Position numbers and translations under genes: made by a program
Notes under the pieces: model-generated
Told to the model about the DNA's origin: nothing
The model's database searches: none
What the model saw: the letters and a program-made list of their open reading frames with translations, nothing else
Origin: an uncultured Gammaproteobacteria bacterium
Lineage (GTDB): Bacteria; Patescibacteriota; Microgenomatia; CAZETR01; Amesbacteraceae
DNA length: 64,000 bases
NCBI GenBank assembly: GCA_964518565.1
Contig: CAZFGX010000001.1
Coordinates: 139,046-203,045, forward strand
Reading direction: 5' to 3'
Part shown: positions 28,243 through 37,129 of the stretch, one piece after another
Position numbering within the stretch: position 1 is the first letter of the stretch
Layout of the letters: every line of letters begins with the position of its first letter

Positions 28243-28707
28243 CTACAGGCCTAAATAAAACAATTTCTCATGATCCAAACGTAACACAGTATTCTTAACC
28301 CATCCAGGCGCCAATTCCTGGCCTTGATAGACTTCTTGAATAGTGACAAATGAATTTTTTGCCTTCGTCGCCTGCGCCAAAAACACTTTTTTACCAAATA
28401 CTTCTCTATACAACACTTTTGTACCAGAAGTCAGTTCAGAAGCCTGGTGCAAATCCATCCCGATCCAAAACAAATCCCGACAACAAACAATATATGTTCC
28501 TGCTACTGGATAATTCAATAAAATATTTGCTGAAGCAGCAATGACTCGCTCAGACAAAAAAGCTACATCCCAGACATTCTTATCTATCAATACCACTCTG
28601 CCATGCGTAATTGAATAATGTTGCAAAAATCTTCGGGTCACACACACTTTCATACCTCGCACAAGGCTGGGATATTCACTTGGGGAAATATTCACATTCG
28701 ACATCAA
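28243..28707 (-). CDS. Hypothetical protein (first gene of minus-strand operon)
   Basis: 154 aa; RBS AGGAGG 7 nt before ATG; no recognised domain. Confidence 0.45.
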   Translation of the reverse strand: MMSNVNISPSEYPSLVRGMKVCVTRRFLQHYSITHGRVVLIDKNVWDVAFLSERVIAASANILLNYPVAGTYIVCCRDLFWIGMDLHQASELTSGTKVLYREVFGKKVFLAQATKAKNSFVTIQEVYQGQELAPGWVKNTVLRLDHEKLFYLGL

Positions 28708-28793
28708 AACCCCTCCTAATTGTTAAAGAACCAAAAATCCTTCTCGAATCTTAGCATTCAGCCAAAGTTCAGTTCTCAGAGTAAAATATACAT

Positions 28794-29468
28794 ATGAGAA
28801 TTTTGATTGTCGAAGATGATCACAAAGTTGCCAATTCTATGAAAAAAGGCCTCGAACAAGAGTCGTATGCAGTAGATGTTCTGTATGATGGCTCAGAGGT
28901 GCTCGACTATGTAGTATCTACGCAGTACGACTTAATAGTGTTAGATCGTATGTTGCCCGGCATGGATGGCTTGAAAATTTGCCAAGACATACGTCGAAAA
29001 AATCTACATATGCCAGTCCTCATGCTTACTGCCCGAGGCCAAGTCGAAGATCGGGTCGAAGGACTCGACTCAGGTGCGGATGATTATGTTGTCAAACCAT
29101 TCTCTTTTTCCGAATTAGTTGCCCGTATTCGAGCTTTGCTTCGCCGATCGCCAACTACTGAGCAAACCATATTAAAGATTGCAGATTTAGAGTTAAATCC
29201 CCAATCATTTTTAGTCAATCGCCAAGGCAAAAATATCAAATTGTCTAGCAAAGAATTTGCTTTGTTAGAGTACCTCATGCGCCATCCTCAACAAATCATC
29301 AGTAAAGACAGAATCATTGATCATGTTTGGAACTATGAAGCAAATGTCATGCCAAATTCAGTCGAAGTCTATATTCGTCGGTTGCGTCAAAAAATCGACC
29401 AGCCCTTCAAAAGTAAACCGCTGCTCCACACATTACGTGGATTTGGGTACAAAATAGGAGAACACTAG
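28794..29468 (+). CDS. OmpR-family response regulator
   Basis: REC domain (DD...D..K pattern, MRILIVEDD) plus winged-helix trans_reg_C. Confidence 0.9.
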   Translation: MRILIVEDDHKVANSMKKGLEQESYAVDVLYDGSEVLDYVVSTQYDLIVLDRMLPGMDGLKICQDIRRKNLHMPVLMLTARGQVEDRVEGLDSGADDYVVKPFSFSELVARIRALLRRSPTTEQTILKIADLELNPQSFLVNRQGKNIKLSSKEFALLEYLMRHPQQIISKDRIIDHVWNYEANVMPNSVEVYIRRLRQKIDQPFKSKPLLHTLRGFGYKIGEH

Positions 29469-29471
29469 TCT

Positions 29472-30476
29472 ATGTTTTACCGTGCTCGTCTCAAACTCAC
29501 ACTTTGGTATGTCTTAATCATTCTCTCGATTAGTAGTCTGTTTAGTCTGATTATTTATTCTCGAATCAGCGAAGATTTGGCTCGAGCCAATCGCATTTTT
29601 ATTCGTCGCGAGATCGATTCGCATTTACGCTTACCATTTGTCACTCCGCCACCGGAGATAAACAACAAGTTTTTTGAACAAGCCCTAGATCGATTACGAC
29701 TTACCTTGGCACTTATCAATGTGGGTATTGTGCTTATTTCTGCCGGAGCTGGATTTTTTTTGGCCGGACAAACATTGCAGCCGATCCAAGATATGGTTGA
29801 TGATCAACAGCGATTTATCGCCGATGCTTCGCACGAGCTGCGCACGCCACTGACTGCCTTGCGTACTCAGTTAGAAGTTACTCTACGAGATAAAAGCCGC
29901 ACTCCAATTGAAACGACTGCTATTCTCAAGAGCAACTTGGAAGAAGTGGTGGCACTGCAAGACCTTACCAACAATCTCTTAGACCTGGCCAACAATTCAA
30001 ATAATCCAGCAATCTTTGAATCTATTTTGTTAACCGAATTGGTCAGTGGGGTGGTTGCGCGAATGGAACCAATTGCCTTGGAAAAAAACATCGATATTGT
30101 TTTTACTTCAGAGTCTGAATTAAATATTTGGGGTAGTCCACAACAAATCAAACAACTCACCAGTATTCTCCTGGACAATGCTATCAAATACAGTTCAAAA
30201 AAATCTCAAATCCAAGTCATCGTTCGTCAACGAGAATTGTTAGTTATAGATCAAGGTATTGGCATTGAAGCAAAAGAAATCCCATTTGTCTTTGATCGGT
30301 TTTATCGGGCTGAAAAATCTCGAACCAAAGCCGAATCTGGGGGATATGGACTAGGCCTTTCTATTGCCAAAAAGATCGTCGATACTCATCATGCAAAAAT
30401 CCTTTTATCCAGCAAACCAGGTCAGGGGACAACTGTGACAGTTTCTTTTCGAAAAAAACTTAAATTATCCAGATAA
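29472..30476 (+). CDS. Sensor histidine kinase
   Basis: Two TM helices, H-box ASHELRTPLTAL, HATPase_c with N, G1 (IDQGIGI), G2 (GGYGLGL) boxes. Confidence 0.85.
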   Translation: MFYRARLKLTLWYVLIILSISSLFSLIIYSRISEDLARANRIFIRREIDSHLRLPFVTPPPEINNKFFEQALDRLRLTLALINVGIVLISAGAGFFLAGQTLQPIQDMVDDQQRFIADASHELRTPLTALRTQLEVTLRDKSRTPIETTAILKSNLEEVVALQDLTNNLLDLANNSNNPAIFESILLTELVSGVVARMEPIALEKNIDIVFTSESELNIWGSPQQIKQLTSILLDNAIKYSSKKSQIQVIVRQRELLVIDQGIGIEAKEIPFVFDRFYRAEKSRTKAESGGYGLGLSIAKKIVDTHHAKILLSSKPGQGTTVTVSFRKKLKLSR

Positions 30477-30513
30477 TAAGGCATAATATTAGAAATCAGT
30501 CTGCAAATTAATC

Positions 30514-30542
30514 TTGACAAATTAGCTAATTTATTGTAATAT
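30514..30542 (+). promoter_or_regulatory. Consensus-like sigma70 promoter TTGACA-N17-TAATAT upstream of greA
   Basis: Perfect -35 TTGACA, 17-nt spacer, -10 TAATAT. Confidence 0.6.
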
Positions 30543-30566
30543 GTCTAAGTTAGATATTTATATATA

Positions 30567-30593
30567 GCCTCGGTAGACCGAGGCGATTTTTTT
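30567..30593 (+). terminator. Intrinsic terminator hairpin inside the greA leader (between promoter and greA ATG)
   Basis: GCCTCGG-taga-CCGAGGC stem followed by gaTTTTTTT, 10 nt before greA start. Confidence 0.6.
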
Positions 30594-30602
30594 CGTAAAA
30601 AT

Positions 30603-31058
30603 ATGTCAAATATTATACTCGTAACCAAATCAGGTCTAGATCAGCTAAAATCTCAGCTGGCCGATTTCCAAACAAAACGTCCTCAGGTCGTAGACCGGCT
30701 TAGTATTGCCCGTAGTATGGGGGATTTGTCGGAAAATAGTGATTATATTAGTGCCAAAGAAGAACTGGCTTTTCTAGATGGTCAAATAGCCGAGGTCGAA
30801 TCGATCATCCAAAATGCTCAAGTCAGTGAACCAGCCGACGTGACCACGGTCCAGTTTGGCCACCATGTTAGCGTCAAAGTTGGCGCTTCTCAGGCAGTAT
30901 TCCATATTGTTGGTGAATGGGAAGCCGACCCTATGAAAAAACGCGTGTCACATTCGTCTCCGCTAGGCCAAGCCTTGATGGGTAAAAAAATTGGCGATAA
31001 AGTCGAAGTTGACGCTCCTGTTGGTAAGGTTGCCTATACAATTGTCGGGATTGAATAA
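30603..31058 (+). CDS. greA: Transcription elongation factor GreA
   Basis: Coiled-coil N-domain plus FKBP-like C-domain; acidic tip DLSENSDY. Confidence 0.9.
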   Translation: MSNIILVTKSGLDQLKSQLADFQTKRPQVVDRLSIARSMGDLSENSDYISAKEELAFLDGQIAEVESIIQNAQVSEPADVTTVQFGHHVSVKVGASQAVFHIVGEWEADPMKKRVSHSSPLGQALMGKKIGDKVEVDAPVGKVAYTIVGIE

Positions 31059-31088
31059 TCTTCAGCATTTTTCTGTTAAAATCTAGCC

Positions 31089-32540
31089 ATGTCTCAATCT
31101 CGATTAGCCGAAATTCGTGCAAACCGTATCGAAAAGTTGGCTGCATTACGCAATCAAAACATCAATCCCTATCCTTCAAAATACTCTCAGGCCGCGATAG
31201 ATATTTTTTCCGCACGAAGCAAACATAATCACACTATTAGTGTTCGTGGGCGAATTGTTCGCTGGCGAGAGCACGGTAATGTTATGTTTGCAGATATCAA
31301 AGATGCTACAGGACAAATTCAGCTGTTGTTCCAAAAAAAACAGCTTGGTGATCAATTTTCGATTTTAAAAAAGATTGATGCTGGTGATTTTCTAGGTGTA
31401 GTTGGCATTGTAACCACTACTCAAGCTGGCGAAATCACTATCGATGTGGCTCAGTTTGAATTGTTAGCCAAATCACTTCGTCCACTTCCGGATGATTGGC
31501 ATGGACTAAAAGATGAAGAAGTGCGCTACCGTCAGAGATATGTTGACCTATTACTAAATGAAGAATTGAAAGATTTATTTATTAAAAAAGCCATCTTTTG
31601 GCAAACAGCCAGAGATGTCATGCGTCAGCAAGGCTTTTTAGAAGTCGAAACCCCAGTGTTAGAAAACACTGCAGGTGGTGCGGATGCCAATCCATTTGTG
31701 ACCCATCATGATGCATTAGACACTGATGTCTATTTGCGCATTTCTACAGGCGAACTTTGGCAAAAACGCCTGATGGTTGCGGGCTTTGAAAAAACGTTTG
31801 AGATTGGTCGCCAGTTTCGCAACGAAGGAATTGATCGTGAACATCTCCAAGACTACACTCAGTTAGAATTCTATTGGGCGTATGCCAACTACGAAGATTC
31901 CATGAAGTTTGTCGAGGATTTATACAAACAAATCGCCCAAAAGACTTTTGGCACTTTAGAATTTGATATCAATAATCATCATATCGATCTGTCTCAGTCG
32001 TGGCAAAAAATAAACTACAAACAAGCAATTTCTGAGCATCTAAACATGAATATCACAACTGCGACAAATGATCAGCTCCAAGCTGTCTTGCGCCAAAACA
32101 AAGTCGAATATTCACCTAAAGATTCACGAGGTAGGCTAATTGATCTCTGTTGGAAAATTGTCCGCAAAACTATCAGTGGTCCGGCATTTTTAGTCGGCCA
32201 CCCTGTTGAAGTCTCTCCACTTGCCAAAGCAGATGTGCAAAACCCTGGGTTTGTGGAGCGTTACCAGGTAATTCTTGCCGGTAGTGAAATGGGCAATGGC
32301 TATTCTGAGTTAAACGATCCCATCGACCAAGCTGAAAGATTTGCCGCCCAACAATCGGCCAGAGATCAAGGTGAGTCCGAAGCCCAAATGGCCGATGCAG
32401 ACTTTATCCGCGCCCTAGAATATGGCATGCCTCCAGTCACAGGATTCGGTTTTTCTGAACGCTTATTTTCGTTTTTAGCCAATAAACCAGTTCGCGAGAC
32501 AGTTCTCTTTCCACTACTGCGCCCCGAAAGTCACGAATAA
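31089..32540 (+). CDS. lysS: Lysyl-tRNA synthetase (class II)
   Basis: OB anticodon-binding N-domain, class II motifs (FRNEG, GMGIDR-like GFGFSERL). Confidence 0.95.
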   Translation: MSQSRLAEIRANRIEKLAALRNQNINPYPSKYSQAAIDIFSARSKHNHTISVRGRIVRWREHGNVMFADIKDATGQIQLLFQKKQLGDQFSILKKIDAGDFLGVVGIVTTTQAGEITIDVAQFELLAKSLRPLPDDWHGLKDEEVRYRQRYVDLLLNEELKDLFIKKAIFWQTARDVMRQQGFLEVETPVLENTAGGADANPFVTHHDALDTDVYLRISTGELWQKRLMVAGFEKTFEIGRQFRNEGIDREHLQDYTQLEFYWAYANYEDSMKFVEDLYKQIAQKTFGTLEFDINNHHIDLSQSWQKINYKQAISEHLNMNITTATNDQLQAVLRQNKVEYSPKDSRGRLIDLCWKIVRKTISGPAFLVGHPVEVSPLAKADVQNPGFVERYQVILAGSEMGNGYSELNDPIDQAERFAAQQSARDQGESEAQMADADFIRALEYGMPPVTGFGFSERLFSFLANKPVRETVLFPLLRPESHE

Positions 32541-32561
32541 GAAGCAGTATAATCTGTATAT

Positions 32562-33797
32562 ATGATCGATATCAAAATCATTCGCGAGGATCCTAATAGA
32601 GTAAAAGCTGGCGTCAAAGCCAAGGGGTATTCGGAGTCAATTGTTGATACCGTAATTGATTTAGATAAAAAACGCCGGGAATTACTGGTCACTACCGAAA
32701 CGCTTCGAGGCCAAAGAAATCAAATTACTAAAGATCAGATAGATCTAGCCAAACAAATAAAACAGCAACTCAAACAAGCTGAGCCAGAGTTGCAAGAAGT
32801 TGAAGACAAGCTCGCCCAAGCACTCAATGAAATTCCCAATCTTCCAGACCCTAATGCCCCTATCGGTAAAAACGATTCCGAAAATGTCGAAATAAAAAAA
32901 TGGGGCACTCCAAAAAAATTCGATTTCACACCCAAAGACCATCTAACCTTGGGCACAAATCTGAAGATTTTAGATTTTGAATCCGGTGCCAAAGTTGCCG
33001 GCTCGCAATTCTATTATCTACTTGGTGACGCAGCCCTATTAGAACTAGCCCTCACAAACTTTGCCTTCTCTATTGCCGCCAAACATGGCTACACTCCTGT
33101 AATGACTCCGGATATGGCCAAATCTCGTTATTACCTCGGCACTGGGTATGCTCCCAAGGGCGACGAAGCTCAGACATATACCATTGCCGGTCAGGATTTA
33201 GGCCTCATTGCGACGGCTGAAGTCACCCTGGCTGGCCGCCACGCAGATGAAATCATGCCGGAAAATGACTTACCTAAAAAATATGTCGGCTACTCACATT
33301 GTTTCCGTCAAGAAGCAGGTGCATATGGTAAATACTCAAAAGGGTTATATCGGGTTCATCAATTTTCCAAAGTCGAAATGTTTGTCTATTGTCAGCCCCA
33401 AGATTCAGAAAGATATCATCAAGAAATTTTATCGATTGAAGAAGAAATTTATCAAAAGCTCAATATTCCATACCGTGTGCTAGAAATGTGTACTGGAGAT
33501 TTGGGTGCCATGGCCGCCAAAAAATACGATATCGAAGCGTGGATGCCGGGAAGAAATGATTACGGTGAAGTAACATCTACTTCAAATTGTACCGACTACC
33601 AAGCCAGAAACCTAAGTATTCGTTTCAAAAAAACCACAGGTGAAATCGAATTCGTTCATATGTTAAATGGTACTGCAGTACCTCTATCCCGTGCCCCAAT
33701 CGCTATTTTAGAAAACTATCAAAACGCTGACGGTTCAGTTACTATCCCTGATGTCCTTCGTCCATATATGGGTAAGGACAAAATTAGTTTAGAATAA
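32562..33797 (+). CDS. serS: Seryl-tRNA synthetase
   Basis: N-terminal coiled-coil arm, class II core (FRQEAGAYGKYSKGLYRVHQFSKVE...). Confidence 0.95.
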   Translation: MIDIKIIREDPNRVKAGVKAKGYSESIVDTVIDLDKKRRELLVTTETLRGQRNQITKDQIDLAKQIKQQLKQAEPELQEVEDKLAQALNEIPNLPDPNAPIGKNDSENVEIKKWGTPKKFDFTPKDHLTLGTNLKILDFESGAKVAGSQFYYLLGDAALLELALTNFAFSIAAKHGYTPVMTPDMAKSRYYLGTGYAPKGDEAQTYTIAGQDLGLIATAEVTLAGRHADEIMPENDLPKKYVGYSHCFRQEAGAYGKYSKGLYRVHQFSKVEMFVYCQPQDSERYHQEILSIEEEIYQKLNIPYRVLEMCTGDLGAMAAKKYDIEAWMPGRNDYGEVTSTSNCTDYQARNLSIRFKKTTGEIEFVHMLNGTAVPLSRAPIAILENYQNADGSVTIPDVLRPYMGKDKISLE

Positions 33798-33803
33798 TTC
33801 CCT

Positions 33804-35597
33804 ATGCGTCGAGTTGGTTCTCGTGTCAGTCAAGTAGTGCACTTGATGAGCTCACTAATTATTCAGGCAGACAGAAAAAGATTTTTTCTAGTCATACTAC
33901 TCAACTCCTTACTCGGATTTAGTGCTGGGCTGTCATTGTATCTAGATAAGAAAATTATCGATGCTTTGGGTGCCGGTATACAAGGTGCATCATGGGCGAT
34001 GTCATCACTTATTGCCTTCACGTGTATTAGGCTGGGCTATGCGGTATTTCGTGACTACATTCGACGACTTGCAAATCATTTTCAAAACACATTGGAAATG
34101 ACCGTCTATAACCACATCAATGTCACCTGTGCCCGTAAACATGCCAGTGTCGAAGTTTCCATTGCCGAAGATCCACAGTTTAAAAACCGCTACACCAAAA
34201 TCGAACGCACCACCGGCAGTCGAGCTACTCGGCTTGTTGGGGTTGTAGCCGAAGGTCCCACTAATATTATTGGTTTGTTATCAGTTTTATTTATTGCGTA
34301 CACCTTGAAGCCTTGGGTCATTATTATTCCTATTATTTGTGCCATTCCCAATCTCTTCTCGGCTGCCAAAAATATTAAACAGCGGTATGAAGTCGAAACT
34401 CGGGTGTCTCCCATGCACCGCCTACGAAACTTAGCCGGATATTACCTATCAGACAATATGAATCTCATGGAGTTGCGTTTGTTACAAATTCGTGACCATT
34501 TAGTCGAAAAATATCGTAACTTGCAAAACCAAATAGCCAAAATTCGCCAGACTGCTAGTCTAGAAGCTCAACATAGATCGTTCGCTGCAAACGTCCCTGG
34601 CTCCATTGCAAGTACTAGTATCAGTCTGTATGCGGGATTGCAAGCAATAAATCACCAAATCACCCTAGGCGAAGCCTTTACACTTACACGAGCCGCAGAT
34701 CAGATTGCTAGTTACATAAATGAACTGTTCCGAAATATTTCCGACTTATACGAAAACCATCTGTATATTACCGACGTAGATTGGTTACTAAATTTACCTG
34801 AAAAAGATGAATCACAAGGTGAAAATCTTGCCGAAAAACTAAAATCAGGCTTACAGCTCAAAGATGTGTGGTTTAAATACCCAGGATCTGACAAATGGAT
34901 ATTGCAGGGTGTAACAGCAATAATTAACCCGACTGAAAATATTGCCTTAGTTGGTGAAAACGGTGCTGGAAAATCTACACTGGTGAAATTAATTTGCGGC
35001 TTATATGAACCAACCAAGGGGGAAATTTTACTCAACGATCTTCCTGTTACAAAATATCGTCGAGACCAGTATTGGCACCGACTTGCAACCATGTTTCAAG
35101 ATATTGAAACGTATGGCTTTTCTGCGCGCGAAAGTATCGGCTTTGGCAACATTAAAAAACTCAATTCACCGGAAGATGTTAGCCGCGCTGCCAAGTTTGC
35201 CCATATTCATGACTGGATCGAGACATTACCTCAAAAATACTCCACCCCATTGATTAGAGATTTTGAAGGCGGAGTAACCCCATCTGGAGGACAAAAACAA
35301 CGCCTCGCCCTAGCACGAACACTATTAAAAGATAGTCAAATCGTTATTTTAGACGAACCTACCTCGAGTATGGATCCTGCTGCTGAAGAGGCAATATTTA
35401 ACCAATTACTTGATTGGGGTAAAAATCGTTTATTGATTTTCATATCTCACCGTTTTAGCACTGTTCGCCAAGCAGATAGAATTTTAGTTTTAGACCAGGG
35501 TAAATTAATCGAAAACGGGAGTCATGAACAGCTAATGAAAAAAACACGTGGCGTATATAAAAAACTCTTCACACTCCAAGCAAAAAACTACCAATAA
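33804..35597 (+). CDS. ABC exporter, fused transmembrane + ATP-binding protein (MsbA-like)
   Basis: 6-TM N-domain, Walker A GENGAGKST, signature PSGGQKQRLALART, Walker B ILDEPTS. Confidence 0.85.
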   Translation: MRRVGSRVSQVVHLMSSLIIQADRKRFFLVILLNSLLGFSAGLSLYLDKKIIDALGAGIQGASWAMSSLIAFTCIRLGYAVFRDYIRRLANHFQNTLEMTVYNHINVTCARKHASVEVSIAEDPQFKNRYTKIERTTGSRATRLVGVVAEGPTNIIGLLSVLFIAYTLKPWVIIIPIICAIPNLFSAAKNIKQRYEVETRVSPMHRLRNLAGYYLSDNMNLMELRLLQIRDHLVEKYRNLQNQIAKIRQTASLEAQHRSFAANVPGSIASTSISLYAGLQAINHQITLGEAFTLTRAADQIASYINELFRNISDLYENHLYITDVDWLLNLPEKDESQGENLAEKLKSGLQLKDVWFKYPGSDKWILQGVTAIINPTENIALVGENGAGKSTLVKLICGLYEPTKGEILLNDLPVTKYRRDQYWHRLATMFQDIETYGFSARESIGFGNIKKLNSPEDVSRAAKFAHIHDWIETLPQKYSTPLIRDFEGGVTPSGGQKQRLALARTLLKDSQIVILDEPTSSMDPAAEEAIFNQLLDWGKNRLLIFISHRFSTVRQADRILVLDQGKLIENGSHEQLMKKTRGVYKKLFTLQAKNYQ

Positions 35598-36457
35598 AAT
35601 ATCTTTTTAAAGTCTGTTTGGGTAAAGCAGCCTGGGAAAAGTACTTCCGTTCCACCAAATGTTTTTTTAAATTGCGAAAATCCCTTCCATGACGTGTATT
35701 GATTTGGCCAGCGATCATCATATAGACTTTCAAAATCCCAAATAACACACCCTCGGCGTTTGGCTTCCAACATTGCTTCCCAAACCACTGCATAGGGTAA
35801 TTCTTGCTCCTTAGCCACTGGTAAGGCTGCTGCGTAATAGTAATAAGCAGTTTTTTTGTAAATCAAAACAAGACATCCACACGATTGATTAAGCGTGACA
35901 CAAAAACAATTGTGACCAAAAATACCCACCAATGTGTCAAAATCGACTTTAGTCGAAATCCAAATATGTTGTTGACGCGTTGCTTGCTGCCAAATCTGAA
36001 AAAAATCATCAAACCGGTTAATCTGTGTTTCGTAGCCAGTATGTTGTAGTTTATGTATCCATGATCGCGCTCGTTTAAAACGCTTTAATAAATCAAAGTT
36101 TGATCCTCCCAAATCTATCCTCAAAGTTTTTGTTGGTCGAAGTGGCTGTGTATCCAAAAAAAATCCCTGATCAGGAAATAAAGATAAAAACTCTGGGTCA
36201 GATATCAATGGCTCTATCCGTGTAGTAAATATCCGATATTTTTTTTGTAACTCTTTTAATTTTATCCAATCAATATCACTAGAACATCGTAAAATTTTTG
36301 CCACCGATCCTAATAATCCCCACCGTTTCACATATACATACAGAGAACCTATTTGTTCGACCAGCCAGCCCTGTGAGGCTATATAAGCAGCAAATGGCTC
36401 TGATTGTCGTATATCATAGGCTGGCGACTCGATCTCTGTCATGCGATAATCCTTCAT
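35588..36457 (-). CDS. FemAB-like / GNAT-fold peptidoglycan-bridge aminoacyltransferase-like protein
   Basis: C-terminal YYYAAALPVAKEQELPYAVVWEAMLEAKRRGCVIWDFESL resembles FemAB family YFYSGS...HWEMIKYAKE...YDFGG. Confidence 0.45.
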   Translation of the reverse strand: MKDYRMTEIESPAYDIRQSEPFAAYIASQGWLVEQIGSLYVYVKRWGLLGSVAKILRCSSDIDWIKLKELQKKYRIFTTRIEPLISDPEFLSLFPDQGFFLDTQPLRPTKTLRIDLGGSNFDLLKRFKRARSWIHKLQHTGYETQINRFDDFFQIWQQATRQQHIWISTKVDFDTLVGIFGHNCFCVTLNQSCGCLVLIYKKTAYYYYAAALPVAKEQELPYAVVWEAMLEAKRRGCVIWDFESLYDDRWPNQYTSWKGFSQFKKTFGGTEVLFPGCFTQTDFKKIFYW

Positions 36458-37108
36458 ATGTCCTTACCAAGTATTCTCAAAGACTGGATCGAAAAAGTCA
36501 AAAATTGGTCCACTGGCAATATCGAAGAATATGAATCAAAGTACAGTGGCACTGTATTGGTGCGTCACGGTTTTGGGTATCGCTATATTGTTACCGGCTC
36601 GATGGTTACACAAAGTGGAGCACTGATTGCAGATCTCTGGTCTCCAGTGTTGAAAAAAATTGGTCAAAGACAAAAAACCTGGCTGATTTTGGGTGTAGCC
36701 GGAGGCACGCTCGCTTCTGTTATTGACAAAAAATATGCTCCAAAAAAAATAGTTGGAGTAGAAATTGATCCAATCATGATCGAAATTGGTCAAAAATATT
36801 TTAAAACTCCTCAAATAAAATCACTAACCCTCATTCAGGCAGATGCCCAAAACTACATCAAACAAACAAAAGAAAAATTCGACTATGTATTAGTCGATAT
36901 GTATTGCGGGGACGAATTGCCCAAATTCGTCAATACAGATGCTTTTATCAAACAAGTAAAAGATTTAGGTACCTATGTAGTTTTCAATCATTTGTTTTAC
37001 GGTAAAAAGCGAGTTTTAGCTGAAGAATTTATCAAAAAAGCCGAAAAACACTTTTCTGACGTAAGCTTAATTCGAAAATTAGCAAACCTATTGGTCATTT
37101 GCAAATAA
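36458..37108 (+). CDS. Spermidine-synthase-like class I SAM-dependent methyltransferase-fold protein
   Basis: ILGVAGGTLASVI ... VGVEIDPIMIEIGQKYF ... DYVLVDMY pattern; start 36458 abuts divergent gene start (CATATG). Confidence 0.5.
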   Translation: MSLPSILKDWIEKVKNWSTGNIEEYESKYSGTVLVRHGFGYRYIVTGSMVTQSGALIADLWSPVLKKIGQRQKTWLILGVAGGTLASVIDKKYAPKKIVGVEIDPIMIEIGQKYFKTPQIKSLTLIQADAQNYIKQTKEKFDYVLVDMYCGDELPKFVNTDAFIKQVKDLGTYVVFNHLFYGKKRVLAEEFIKKAEKHFSDVSLIRKLANLLVICK

Positions 37109-37129
37109 CCCGGGTATAATCAGCAACGC

